Of a DNA stretch of 64,000 bases, positions 36,325 through 48,516 are shown piece by piece. Where the stretch lies: NCBI GenBank assembly GCA_023920165.1, contig CP089278.1, positions 2,914,001 through 2,978,000 of the forward strand, written 5' to 3'. Every line of letters starts with the position of its first letter. Position 1 is the first letter of the stretch. Source of the stretch: Curvularia clavata (Eukaryota). A program made the translations under genes and the position numbers. The notes beneath the pieces are model-generated. The model made no database searches. It saw nothing but the letters and a program-made list of their open reading frames with translations, and had not been told where the DNA came from.

Positions 36325-38162
36325 TCAAAGATTTCTCACTGGAATGTTTCTCTCCAGATATCCAAACCACCTCGGCAGCGACCTCCCCGACTCAAACCCG
36401 CCACTTGACTGACTACTTCTCTGCGCATCCTCAATCGCGCTCGCCCACTTCAGCAACTCCGCCTCACTCCACGCGGTCCCCATCAGCGCAAGCCCAAACG
36501 GCATACCCGTACTCTCATGCACGCCCGCTGGCAGCGTCACCATCGGATATCCAGCCTGCGCCGCGATCTGAGGTGCCTGTGCTACATCTGGTGGAACAAG
36601 GAGGGCATCGAGTCGACGCCCGTTATTCGCCAGTGCGGCGTCGATGCCGTCTTCGCGCGTGCTTCGCTGTATAAAACCCAAAGCTTGATAGTATGTTTCG
36701 TCCATTACTCCCTTGGTTTCTAGCGACGCTAGAAACCCGTCTTGGCCAGAGTAAAAAGCAGGATGTCCGCGTGGCCAGGGATATCCGCCCTCAGTGCCGT
36801 CGTTGGCATAGTTATACGCGACCATGTCTTCAAGGGAGCGGATGCTAGTGTTTTCAAGCGACGAGAGATAGGTGCGGATGTTGTTGTAGAAGTCAGTTTT
36901 GACGACTGTGTATTCGGATTCGTTAGGGCGACCCCGCGTGCTGCCATAGTCCCAGTCCCAGCCAGAGGGGGAGACGATAGTGGAGTAGTTGGGTATCTCG
37001 GTGTTGTTGAGGATAGTGGCACCGAACGATTGCAGGAGGGAGAGCAGAGAGAGGAGGTGGCTGCGTTGAGAGGCATCGGTATAGGTCCAGAAGGTAGACC
37101 AGGGTATGCCGAAGGTTGCGTTGCGTAGTGCATCCTTGTTGGTAAGGAAGGGCATGTAGCCTTGGGGAGGAGTTTTGCCTTGCTGAGCGAGCGTGTAGTT
37201 GTCGCGTTCGTCAATGCCGTAGATGGCGTCGAGGACATATGCGGCATCGCGTACCGTCCGACCAAATGTACCGACAGTGTCTTGATGGATGCTCTCCGGG
37301 ATAACGCCCGCTCGTGATGTGAGCCCTACCGTAGGTTTTATGCCGACTAAAGCATTTCGCTCAGCTGGGTTGATCACACTGCCATCTGTCTCAGTGCCTG
37401 TACATTGTCAGAACTCTAGATACAAACGATACATTGTGAATCTGGCTTACCTAAAGAGAATGTAACAATGTTCGCAGCTACCCCCACTGCACTTCCCGAA
37501 CTGCTTCCCCCTGGATTGACAGTAAGATTGTAAGGGCTCCTCGCCTGTCCACCTCTTGCCGAGTAGCCCTCTGAATAGTTGTTTGATCGCATATCGGCCC
37601 ATTCGGAGAGCGTCGCTTTGCCCATCAGAAGTGCTCCTGCTTCCCGCAATTTTGCAACAACGTGCGCATCGCGGGGAACTATACTTCCCACGAGCATCCA
37701 GCTGCCAGCTGTAGTTTCCATTCGATCTTTTGTTGCAATGTTATCTTTGACAATATACGGAATCCCATGAAGCGGGCCTCGCACACGTCCGACCATACGC
37801 TCCGCATCAAGCGCCATAGCGATCCTTTCGGCATCTGGGTTCAGTTCCATGATTGATCTGATGTATTCATCCACTTGATAAATTCGATCCAGGTAGCATT
37901 TGAGGAGCTTCACGGAAGTGAGGGTGCCATCACCCAGGTACCCTTGGAGTTGGTCCATAGTGGCCTCTTCGAGCGTGACCCCATGACATGTGGGCATGGG
38001 AAATAGTGCAGTTGTCTCGGCGGCATCTTGCGATGGGAAGAAGAATGGATAAGGCTGCTGCAGCGGATTGACGTCCAGGACGCATGTGGAGTTCTCAACG
38101 TCGTCGCACGATGAGCTTAGTGTCACACTAAGGGCGAAGACGAATAACAGCGTTGTAAGCAT
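36325..38162 (-). CDS. Secreted amidase-signature family protein
   Basis: Signal peptide; GPLHGIPYIVKDN, GGSSSGSA and LG|TETDGSV (intron 37398-37450) supply the Lys-Ser-Ser triad. Confidence 0.93.
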
Positions 38163-39168
38163 TGTAGGAGCAATGGATTACATTGATCGGTTGGTACTAC
38201 TCGTAGTTCTTGCCCTAGCGGTAGCTATAGTCCCGGCGCGTTGTACCGTAGGCCGAGGGTGGCTCAGAAAAGCGTCTCACTTATCTATACAGCGCAAGCT
38301 TCTTTTTGTTCCCGTCCGCCCAGATTTGGGAAAGCGTTCTAAGGCCTCCGTTGTCGACGCCGCGTGTGATTCTTGGCTCTGCGAGTGTGGGGTAAAACGT
38401 CATCAGCACATGTCGCCTCATCTGGATTGTGCAGCTCACTGACAGCAGTAACTTTGTTCTCAATGTCAAATATTTCAGCACCACTGAGCGTTTAGGTGCA
38501 TGCCCCTGCGTGCCTCTTGAACATTTGTGTGCTGTGTAAATATGAGTGCTCTCACCCATGTCTTGATCGCAGGTAGGCGGAGAATGGATGGTGCCAGGCC
38601 GGGATGTGCGACTCGCTATTACCTGCTAACACCAGTTCGAAAATAGAGATAAGCATATCAAAGGCTGTGATCGACCCTGAATTTTAACTTAAGCTTACGA
38701 TTGCAAACTCCACGTATTAGATCTCATACTTACACACGATTTTTCATATCTGCTAGTTATAAAGAAGAAACAGCATCTTGGAGAATCGAGCCCTTCCCTT
38801 CCCCTCTTTTGGAAAAAGATTCCGATATCAAAGTGTAGGGGAACCAGTCCCTTCCAAAGAAGAACGATTGAACGGCTTACCAAGTCAATGATTTCATGAT
38901 TGATATTGAGAAAGCAGGCTCAACGTCACTATTCCCTTACGCTTCCAGACAGCCCATTCGGAGCTTTATTATTATCTCATTTCCCAAGTACAGACCATAA
39001 TCTATAGCAGTACAGCTGATTCTTGTACCACGCATCCAGAAACATAACGCGAAGTCTTAAAAAGAAAAAGAAATTAGATCCAAGACGTGTCGTTGAATCA
39101 AGGCTCTCGATTTAGCACTGCGTCTGTTATATCCTATCCTAAATATCCTTCCTCTGCCCTCCATCTCC

Positions 39169-39320
39169 TTATGTTACACCACACTTCTAGCACCCGAGGC
39201 CATCGCAAGTGCCACCAAAGTAGCAGTATCCACAGGTCCAGCCACCGGAAGAATTGCTGCAGCCTCAGACGCTGATGTTGCAGGCGAACTGGCCCTTGAA
39301 CCCTCCAGGCAATTGAACAG
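39169..39320 (-). pseudogene. Relic of a cysteine-rich protein C-terminus
   Basis: One frame reads VQLPGGFKGQFACNISV*GCSNSSGGWTCGYCYFGGTCDGLGC*KCGVT*. The internal stops are TGA 39265-39267 and TAG 39187-39189. Confidence 0.5.
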
Positions 39321-41523
39321 GCTTGGTTGCTGGCCTTGTGCTTGGAAAAGACTTTCGTGCCAGGGCTTGGCTCAACACATTGTCCAATACTCATCATATA
39401 TTACTATACTCACCACGACATGTGGCTGGTGAAACTCTTGTGCCGCTCTGTTTCTAGCGTTACAATGTTTCCCGTGGGAGATGACAACGACATGGACTGA
39501 AGACAGCAAAGCATCACTGGAGAGGAAAATATGTAGATAGAGGTGCTTCGCACACCACCAAAGACCGCCATCTGAACTTCCTGAACACTCATTCTCCTCA
39601 CAGACTCAAAGTTTAAAGCCGCACTCTAAACTCGCACCAATTCACAAACATCAAAATGAAGGATGCATCACTTCCTTCCGTTTCGAAGGAATCAACTTAT
39701 AGTTTGTGATAGCCTTCATTATCATCTTTGCCACCACTGTAGCCTTGAAGCCACTGTCAAGGCTCTCTCACAACCCCAGTCCGATGTTGGGAGTTTCGTA
39801 GACAAGCGCGATCCTCTCCCACAAAAACAATTCGCGGGGAAGACGAAATCTGTCAAAAAGAGCGAGATCTACATCATATGTATTCTTATCAGCAGAGTTG
39901 ATGGGCATGCGTATAACTGCTGCGCCACGTTCGACCCTAACCACACTTAAGTCAAACACAGCGATCGGGCTGAAGCTTGCAGAGCATACTTTTCAGTATT
40001 GTAACTGACGGTGCCCTTTGTACTACAAGGCCTCGAGGCATACAAAAGGATACGTTTAGGATTCTCTGCAGAGCAAGGATCTATAAGTTGAGGTGGCAGC
40101 TCACTTACAGTAGCGCACACGATGTGTTTAGATGGACAACTTACTGGAGACTCGTTCAACACGGCCTACTAGTACTGTAGCTAAAGACTTGTAGAGTCGT
40201 GCATCTCGGCCTGATAATACAATTGCCCATAACCTTAACCAGCACCTTTTGAACTTAGTGCATCGTATTTGGTGACAACTCATTGACTGCACTTAATCTC
40301 GCTCAGTCTACCCAATTCGAATGCTGATTGTTGTATGTCGTTGAATATCTAGAGCCAGAGTAAATTTGTGATAGATAGAGGAACTCAAGCTAATGCCAAA
40401 TTATGTTTAGTCTAATCTAAACAGCAGTAGTCTAGGTACATCGCATCTTAAGTTACCTCAGGAATTGTGAGATGTAATTTCATGTATACCATCACTTCTC
40501 CTTCAAGTAGAAGTAGATACAGTGAATTCTATATTTCTAAAGGTCTTTGTAGCAGATCTTAATGTATTATAGATATCGTATTATTCTTAAGCTTGAGATC
40601 TAGCACACATGACTGTATGGTTCTGAAAGCAGATATCCTTGTACAATTCGCCGCTTCCAAAGAAATCATATCGCGAAGGTCATTTTGTGCATTGTCGTTC
40701 TCACATATTAACAAACTGAGACCTCTGCGATCCATCTGCTCCCTTTCCATTACAAGATAACCGAGATGGAAACGAAACCCAGCTGCTGGAGGCCAATAGC
40801 CTCTCGAAACATGCCAGAGAGCATGATATACTATTGAAGACATTGTGAACACACAATGATTTTTCATATCTTTCGGCTATCCAGATTGTATTAGGGATTG
40901 CGGTCAAAGCAGATTGAGTGTTGAGCGATAGCGAAAAGTTTCGGATTTTCTGACCAACTTTGTTATAGTATCGGAACGGGTGATGTATTAGACTATATCC
41001 TAATACCACTACTTGGCTACCTTCACTCTGTCTAATCCATCGACGTGATCAGACCAGTGATTCATATCCAAGGATCACTTCTGCCACAACATGAGATTCA
41101 GTAGATCACAGGACATGCATGCTCGTCTTGATGATTTTAGCAAGATTTATTTGTTTAGAACGCAGGAGACCAAGTTTAAATCACGGAGATAAAGCAGCAA
41201 GTTCAGAGAAGTCCATACTGGTAGCCTACAATGTTATCCTAGCTATATCTAGTCGAACCCAGGATCGCCGTACAATGGCCACAAGGGCTCAACAACACAA
41301 AACAAGCAGGTGAACAAGGAAGTAAACAAGTCGATTGAATTGTTACACCCCTAACTCCTGCATTCTAACAAATAAAAGTAGTAATAAAAACTTGATTGCA
41401 ATCTGGTAGATGTTTTATGGGCTGCCAGGTCCTGTCAATTTGGACATAACGTTTCGGCATGGATCTCATGTACTTTAGCCCCACTCACCTTGAGACTTAC
41501 ACTCAGAGGTTGAAGTGATGCTT

Positions 41524-42705
41524 TCAATCTCGCAAAAGTACATCCACAACGTTTCTGTCGAACCATGGTTCGTATACATCCAACGCCCATATTCCGACCC
41601 TTTGGAGGCACGCTATTAAGGGGTACATCTGTCTTGGAGCCATGGTACTCCCAAGGTGTACCCCCTCCCAGAGATACGTCCGCTCATCTTTTCTGGTCGC
41701 AGCGAGAAAATGCCAGTCAGGTCCCTGTATCAGAATCAGTGGTAGAAAGGGCAATTCTGCTCTGGCTTGCTCACTGGGAACCAGCTGTTCCAGCTTCCTG
41801 AATTGTGCAGTGACCCACGTTGCCAATTGTTGGATGGCTTTCTTCTTTTCGGATCCTGAGATCTTCGTCTCTACGCTCACAACGATCGGTTGTTTTTTAA
41901 GTTGCTGGAAGAATGACTGATTCCAACTGGTTTGGCATTTGGGATCGGCAGCATTCAGCTTCTGCCAAGCAGCCAAAATTCGCGCGTTCGGACGGAGAAC
42001 ACCAGCAAAGTCCACCATCCTCGACTGCATAGGTTCACCACCATCGTTTCTTGGCAGTAAGTCATCGGGCTCTATCCTGGCAGTAGTACACTGAATGAAG
42101 TGAAATTTGCTTCTGAAGCGCTTGTTTTCGAATGCAAGGTCCAAAGTAGGATCATGCAGCTTGGTATTCCAGGCTGCTTCTTCAAAATCTGCTCGTTCGG
42201 CTGTCCTAGTGGCATTCATGATCTTTTCGACACTCTCTACCGAGGGGCATGGCCCCAGAGCGGCTCTGACAGCGTCTTCCACGAACATGAATCCAAGATC
42301 AGTGGCTATCAGTTGATGCTCTTCATCAGAAGATGAAGCAAATGCATCTATTTGCCAATCCGGGATCGTGTGCACTCCTGCAGCAAGGATGTGTAGTTCC
42401 TTCGCCAATGCTTTTAGCTCCGGTGGAGCTTCATCGTCCGATATCATCATCTTTTCTACAAATGCGCCGAACTCAACCTTTTCTTTGCCTGTTCCTTGGC
42501 TCCGGCGGGGCCGCTTTGGTGGTGGTTCGCTGGGTGTACGCTTGCTGGGTGTACGCTCGCTAGATGTACGGTCGCTGGGTGTAAGCTCGCTGTATTTCGG
42601 CGGGTTATTTTGGATGCGAAGGTAATGTGAGGAAGGCCCCGATTCCACATAGTTTTCTTCCCTGTCGTCGCCGTCTTGAAAAGGTCGCTTCGACTGCCGA
42701 GACAT
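41524..42705 (-). CDS. Fungal PD-(D/E)XK nuclease-like protein
   Basis: 393-aa intronless ORF with EAAWN, RMVDF, VSVETK, QLATW and LPLILIQGPDW, as in the fungal PD-(D/E)XK-like family. It has a short 15-bp tandem repeat (TPSxR) near the N-terminus. Confidence 0.75.
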   Translation of the reverse strand: MSRQSKRPFQDGDDREENYVESGPSSHYLRIQNNPPKYSELTPSDRTSSERTPSKRTPSEPPPKRPRRSQGTGKEKVEFGAFVEKMMISDDEAPPELKALAKELHILAAGVHTIPDWQIDAFASSSDEEHQLIATDLGFMFVEDAVRAALGPCPSVESVEKIMNATRTAERADFEEAAWNTKLHDPTLDLAFENKRFRSKFHFIQCTTARIEPDDLLPRNDGGEPMQSRMVDFAGVLRPNARILAAWQKLNAADPKCQTSWNQSFFQQLKKQPIVVSVETKISGSEKKKAIQQLATWVTAQFRKLEQLVPSEQARAELPFLPLILIQGPDWHFLAATRKDERTYLWEGVHLGSTMAPRQMYPLIACLQRVGIWALDVYEPWFDRNVVDVLLRD

Positions 42706-43085
42706 ACTTGGGAGTGAAGTCTTTAGTTGGTACTATGGTTGAGGTTCTGATTGTAGTGTGTTTGTAACTGAGGTTCTGATTGAGATTGACAGTAGAGAAA
42801 TAAGAGTTAATGCAGATATATTTGCTCAGTATGTGCTTCAGACACTTACACAATGTCAGTTACTATGCCACTATGTCAACCGTTGTGGTCTTACTATGGG
42901 CTGAGCCTACTACAGTCGTCCTTGTTGAAACTCTTGTAACCATAACAACGCCAGAAGAGGCTCGCAATATGCTATCAGCAGTATTCGTCAACGCTGCCGA
43001 TAAGACTGTTGAATCGCTGTGTCATGGCTAACAGCCATTCAACGTGCTTCAAAAACTTGATCGTGATCGCTCTGCTGTTACTAAA

Positions 43086-43357
43086 AAGTAGGCGACAAGA
43101 GTTTCGCCTCGCAAGCCATTTCCCACCGAAATAAGCCTGCTTTTTAGTAGTTTATCTCGATAACTACTTGCTTTAAATCTTTTAAAATCTTATATACTAT
43201 AAAGACATGTATGCATATTAATATTGTAAGTTTTCAAATTAATTCAAAATATAGTGATAGAGGCATGTCACTCTAAAGCTAGTAAATTTGATGTTCACCA
43301 AATTTGTTAATAAATGGCTAGAATTCGCTGGGGCAAAACTTTTGTCTTAGTACTGTA
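43086..43357. mobile_element. Degenerate MITE-like element with Tc1/mariner-style terminal inverted repeats
   Basis: GACAAGAGTTTCGCCTC (43094-43110) matches the reverse complement of 43330-43346 (GACAAAAGTTTTGCCCC) at 14/17, all differences transitions. The right end reads ...ACTG-TA and the interior is AT-rich. Confidence 0.55.
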
Positions 43358-43806
43358 CTGCTCACCAGTTACGAGACTGCAGCCATAACACTGGCTTTGT
43401 GAAGAAACAACCATTCTGGCTTGCTTACCACTTCAGGTAAGTGGGCAGGAGGAAATACTCTTAGCACGCACACAATTCCAGCTGCAACAGCCTTATGGCA
43501 AGACGCTACTGCTGTTTCACAATTCTATGTTGGTGTGAGAACCATTTGTGATTCAGCTGAAAAGGTCAGGGGGCGACTCATAACCAGGCAGTCATAGACA
43601 GGGATGAAATGTAACCATTGATGTTCAATTGAGGAAATAATTTGCATATCTAAGCCGAAAAGAAACATAATCGTATGCTCACAATCTGATAACTTACTGC
43701 TCCAGTCCAGTATCTCAAATGCGTCTCTATGCCTACCTAACAACACTATTGTTTCCCTATCCTAGAAAAATAACGGCCCATTTTCTCACACAAATCTATC
43801 TCCATG

Positions 43807-44887
43807 TTAAGCTTTGAACAGCTTCGCGTTTCTGTGACCACCAAAGCGAGCCTTCAAAGCTAGCCAAGTTCCCGGCTCCGCATGTAGACGCTCCAAGAAG
43901 CGCTCGACATCTCTCTTGATGAAGTAGAGGCTCTTAAGCATACCGTCAGCGCTACAAGACATACCGTTCAGCTCCACGCGTAACTGGTCTTCTGCTACAC
44001 CGCCTGCACTGGAAAGTATCTTGTGGGTTTCGTAGTAAGCATGCAAATCTTCGCTCGCACCCCTCATTAGCACATCCAGTTCTCCAGGGAGACTACCAAT
44101 CGCAGTCATGTACGGATCAGACAGTTTCTGGAACAGAATCTGGTAGATCTGAAGCACGTGAAATGCGCGACCGAAGAAACGCTTCAGCGGCGCAGCCTCG
44201 CTCACAATGACATTGTACAAGATCTCCATCTTGCGAAGCAGTACTCCTTTATCATTGAGCAGCGATGCAGATGTTACGTTCTCTGATTCAAGGGTCTCAA
44301 TCAGTTTCCACCTGCGATGCGTGGGATACCATTGCTGCAACCTTGGCTTCGTTGGCAGCCATGGCCTCCTTGTCTGCAGCACGAGCGCGAGCAAAGATCT
44401 CGGCGCTTCGTTGGTTCTCATCTTGAAGATTGCGGATTATAGCTTGATGCTGAGCGAGCTCGCAGTGTAGCTGCTCGTTTTTCGCGGCTAATTCGATAAC
44501 GGTATTCTCTTCCTGGGTGGCTCGTTCCAGGAGCTGCTGGTAACGTTCCGCACGTCGCTGCGAGTCTTCCACAAGCTGCTTGTAGTAAGCGACCTGCAGT
44601 CGCTCCTGTTTGAGGTCAATCTTGAGGGCTTGGAAGTCTTCGGGTTGGTCGGCTAGCTCTTCTTCCTTCTCTCTAAGCGCTACTTGCAAAGCTTTATTCG
44701 CGGCTTCGAGGGTCTTCTCACGGCTCTCCAGTTCTCGGATCATTTCGTGAGCTATGCCGAATTCTTTGGTCTCAGGAAAATGCGCCTGAACCTCCTCAGA
44801 CATGATATCATCCATCTTGTAGCCCCGGGCCTGGGCTTCTGAAAGGATTTGACAGAGACGCTGCTGGATATCTTCGAGGACAGTCAT
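43807..44887 (-). pseudogene. Coiled-coil hypothetical protein broken by a frameshift near 44300
   Basis: ORF 44297-44887 is heptad-rich and ends QVETD*. Protein-like sequence continues in another frame (IETLESENVT...KLFKA*). No obvious intron at the junction. Confidence 0.55.
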
Positions 44888-46876
44888 GTTTGCTTCGTGG
44901 TCAACGAAAAGATTACTTGGATTGGGATGGGGGAAGGAAGAAATGCACAGTTAGATATATTGCATAATCCAGCATTGTTCACAAACGTTGGAAACTCCCA
45001 GTCGCTGTACCTATGGACAGCTATTTCCGATTTCCATTTGCACAATGTCCTTAGCTAGAAGCCTACGAGACTATGTTCTTCTCAAGCTGGCATTTCGACG
45101 TTGTTGATGCTTGTGTTAGGACGTATCTTGCTAATTTAATGTAGTTGAAATAAAGTGTAGTCTTGGCTTCGTGGGCAATGTGGAAATCGTTGTTCAGACC
45201 TATCAGGGGCAATCGGCTACTGGGCGATGCGCCCTTCCACATCATCGTGCACGATAATCAAACAATTTTTAATACTTTCATGAGGCCTCTAGGTTTTATT
45301 TACTTTTTTTAGGTGCTTCCCTTAGTAGCAATTTTGTTCAACTCTTACACACATGAATTGCACCCAACTATAGCAGTCTTACGAAACATCTGCGACGCAG
45401 ATACTCCGTGTCCGCAGAGTCGTGCTACAGATCGTCGCCATTTATCGAGTCATGATCAATCGAATCAATGTATAAGGTTGTTGAGCAAACTATCGAGAGC
45501 ATATTCATCTATGTTACCGAACGGGGCGTTGCAAGTGCAAGCAATAATTGAGATTTGACTGGAGCTTTAGCAGCAGCTGGGTAAAACAACAGACTCAAGC
45601 ACTCTAATAACCACATTGCAGTTCATGCAGCGCACCTGCTGCGATACTGTTATTGATTCTATGCAAACATCAGTATGATCCTACCAGCTATCCAGACAGG
45701 CACAAAGATCTCCCAATGTCTACCTGAAAAGACACGCAAAGAGAGATTCTTTACCAAGTGAGTAGACAAGTTCAGACATTGATATATGGAGAAGAATGAA
45801 AATATCGTGATTTTTGCAACTTGCGGACTGTCCTATTCGGCAGGTGCGAAGTATGAACTTGGTGGTGGCAGTATATCCAATGCACATTTCCTCTACATTT
45901 CCTCCAATACAATGCATACTGAGGAGTTTCATGGCTAATATTGAGCCAAGTTTTCTACCCATAGGTGCTAAGGGCACACCAATGGACAGAAAAATGACAG
46001 GTTTTGTCATCTACCTTCACGAAGACAGTATCAACCCCGAGGCTTTTAGAAAGCTTAAGAATCGTAATCTTAACAAGTATGCTCCTAAAACGACAAAGCG
46101 TACAAAACACCGAGTCAACGGCCTATTGCCGTTAGTGTAGAGATGAAGATAAGGGGAGAAAACCTTGGAGATGCCAGGATACAGCTATCTACTTAGGCGG
46201 CTGCGCATCTCAGCAGCTGCATGCTGTGAATCCTGGACGCATAGCAGATCTGCCTTTCTTTGCCGCTAATTTTATGTCAAGGCCATGATTAGAGTTTTTT
46301 CGTACTTACGAAACCCGACAAAACGCTAGTGCTTTCAACGTTTCAGGACACCGAAGACAAGCCAGTATGTTCAACGCTTCAGAACATCGTAGATGAAATC
46401 TCACGGTGTACAGGTACTTTGGCAGAAAATCTTCCTTGGATCGACGAAAGACCGCTTGGGGGCATACGCACTCTGCAAACGTTGCTAGAGTAGTGCGACA
46501 CCCATTACAGAAGCTGGTTCGTAAGGAACGTCATGGAACCTATGCAGGGTACACACATGTCAGGACAGGGGAGTGCAAGAGAAGAGCTGGCGGTGCATTG
46601 GCGTTTTGAGTGACAGATTGGAATCCGAGATTGAATACTGCACGGCCGCTAGCAGCATATCTCTTAGCGGTTCATCACATGGATTGAATTGTACAGCAGA
46701 GTCTTGTGATTATCAGCATCCAAATGCACCTTGCTCGTGTTCTGGGGCCAACCCCCTGAATTGATGGATATCGAAGTTTGCAAGTCAGTCCCAAGTGTAC
46801 CTGCAACACCATGAACGCCTTGCCCAGGAAACTCTCCTGTAAGAAGTTGCCGTTGCATTGTGATTGGGAATAGCGC

Positions 46877-47598
46877 TTAGAACTGATCCAAAGTCATGCT
46901 CATAGATACATCCGTGTTCTCGACCATCTTGGTGAACTCTTCGAAACTGATTTTGCCGTCGCGGTCGAGGTCAGCCTCCATAATGGTCTTGTCGACAATC
47001 TGTGATGTATCAGAATCGCTCTCTAAACTCAGCCGCCCCTTCATTCGTGAATATACGGACCTGTTGTAGTTGTTGGTCCTTCAAATTGCTGCCAACCATC
47101 ATCTTCAATACTATGAAGAGCTCGCCGTTGCTAATGTAGCCGTCGCGATCAATGTCGTATACACGGAATGCGAAGCGTAGCTTCTCCTCCTTGTTGCCTT
47201 TGCTGCTGAAAGCCGAGAGACCAGACACAAACTCCTGAAAGTCGACATCGCCGCCACCGTCTTCGTCAAAGATGGCAATCATGCGCGTTGCGAGTGGGTT
47301 CGATGAGATTTGAGGGAGGGCTAGGAATTCGTCACGCTCAATGGTTCCTGAGTTATCCTAGGATGCTGTCAGCCAAGCCGCGCCGCTTTTTCGTACAGCT
47401 AACAACTGCGCACCTTGTCCAACTTCATGAAACGTTTCCTCAGGCGATCTACCTCCTCACGGTCGACTGCGTGCTGTCAGTAGGCATTTCCTCGCCCTAC
47501 AAGTCCATTGACAAGCAAACCTGCCTGCTGTCGGCCGGCTACGTACAATTCGAGCCCGAGGCAATGTTGTCAAGCAGACCTGACTGCTGGTTACCCAT
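46877..47598 (-). CDS. CNB1: Calcineurin regulatory subunit B
   Basis: MGNQQS (myristoylation Gly) and four EF hands (e.g. [24 protein letters not shown]); ends MSMTLDQF*. Three GT-AG introns. Confidence 0.97.
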
Positions 47599-47848
47599 AT
47601 TGGCGGTTTATTTGCGGCAAGGTCGAGCGGTCGGTGAGTGGAGGTGTGGTCGTGTCCTGGCCTGTGGGGTTGCCTGGTTGTCTCGCCGTGCGCCGCCTTG
47701 AAGGTCCCGCCGCCACCAAGGGTCCATCGCGCTAGACGCAGGCACGTCCGACGTCAACTGCCAAGCCTATCATCCATTGTGCTATTGCTCTCTACACACT
47801 GCTTTTCTTCTTGTGCCGAACTTCACAAAGAGACAAATCGAGAAGATC

Positions 47849-48516
47849 ATGGATTCAGATGGGCCCACAGAGGTCGCCTCGGTCCTCCAAAGTGCATCCA
47901 TTAACCGACGCCCATCACCACGACACGACGTGAACCCATCGACCGCTGCATCCCAGAAGCAGCCCGTCAAGCTGAATGAACACCCTGACCCCGACGCCTC
48001 AGATGTTGAAGAAGACGAAATTCCCCTCAGCGTGCTAGACCCGCTACCACGACACAAGGCGATGCCTCCGCTGCCAGACCTGCGGTTTGAACAGAGTTAC
48101 TTGAAGAGCATTGAGCATGCGGAGGGATGGCAAGGTGTATTATGGATTACGCTTCGAGATCAGGTATCTCCCGCGCGTCGCCTTTCACTGCCATACGTAT
48201 GCTAATTATAAATAGGTTATCATGTGCTTCGCCCAAGGCGTACTATGGACCCTTCTTCTTAATGGTTGGCGACATTGGAACCGATCAACAAAGTTCAGCG
48301 GACACGGTGTTGGGGCACGGATACGCCGATGGTGGTGGAGCGTCAATGATTGGAAATACTGACTGCAAGCACCAGGTTGAGGGATCCAAAGCTGTCCAGG
48401 AATGTTTCCGAGGTAAGTGGGGTCTTTTTGAAAGTTTGAATCCAGACGTCCATGTCAATCTGGGCATGAGCTGACGACTGCAGTACTACAAGGGTGAATT
48501 TTCAAATGCTGCCTAG
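47849..48516 (+). CDS. DUF1770 family protein, with an apparent 1-nt frameshift near 48354
   Basis: PPLPDLRFEQSYLKSI and ITLRDQ|VIMCFAQG..GWRHWN..RIRRWWW. Introns 48164-48215 and 48413-48483. As sequenced, the frame stops at TGA 48360-48362. Confidence 0.8.

Noticed and set aside
40559..41009. Two ~100-aa minus-strand ORFs in the accessory island
   Set aside because: No recognisable family; may be relics but cannot be supported by eye.
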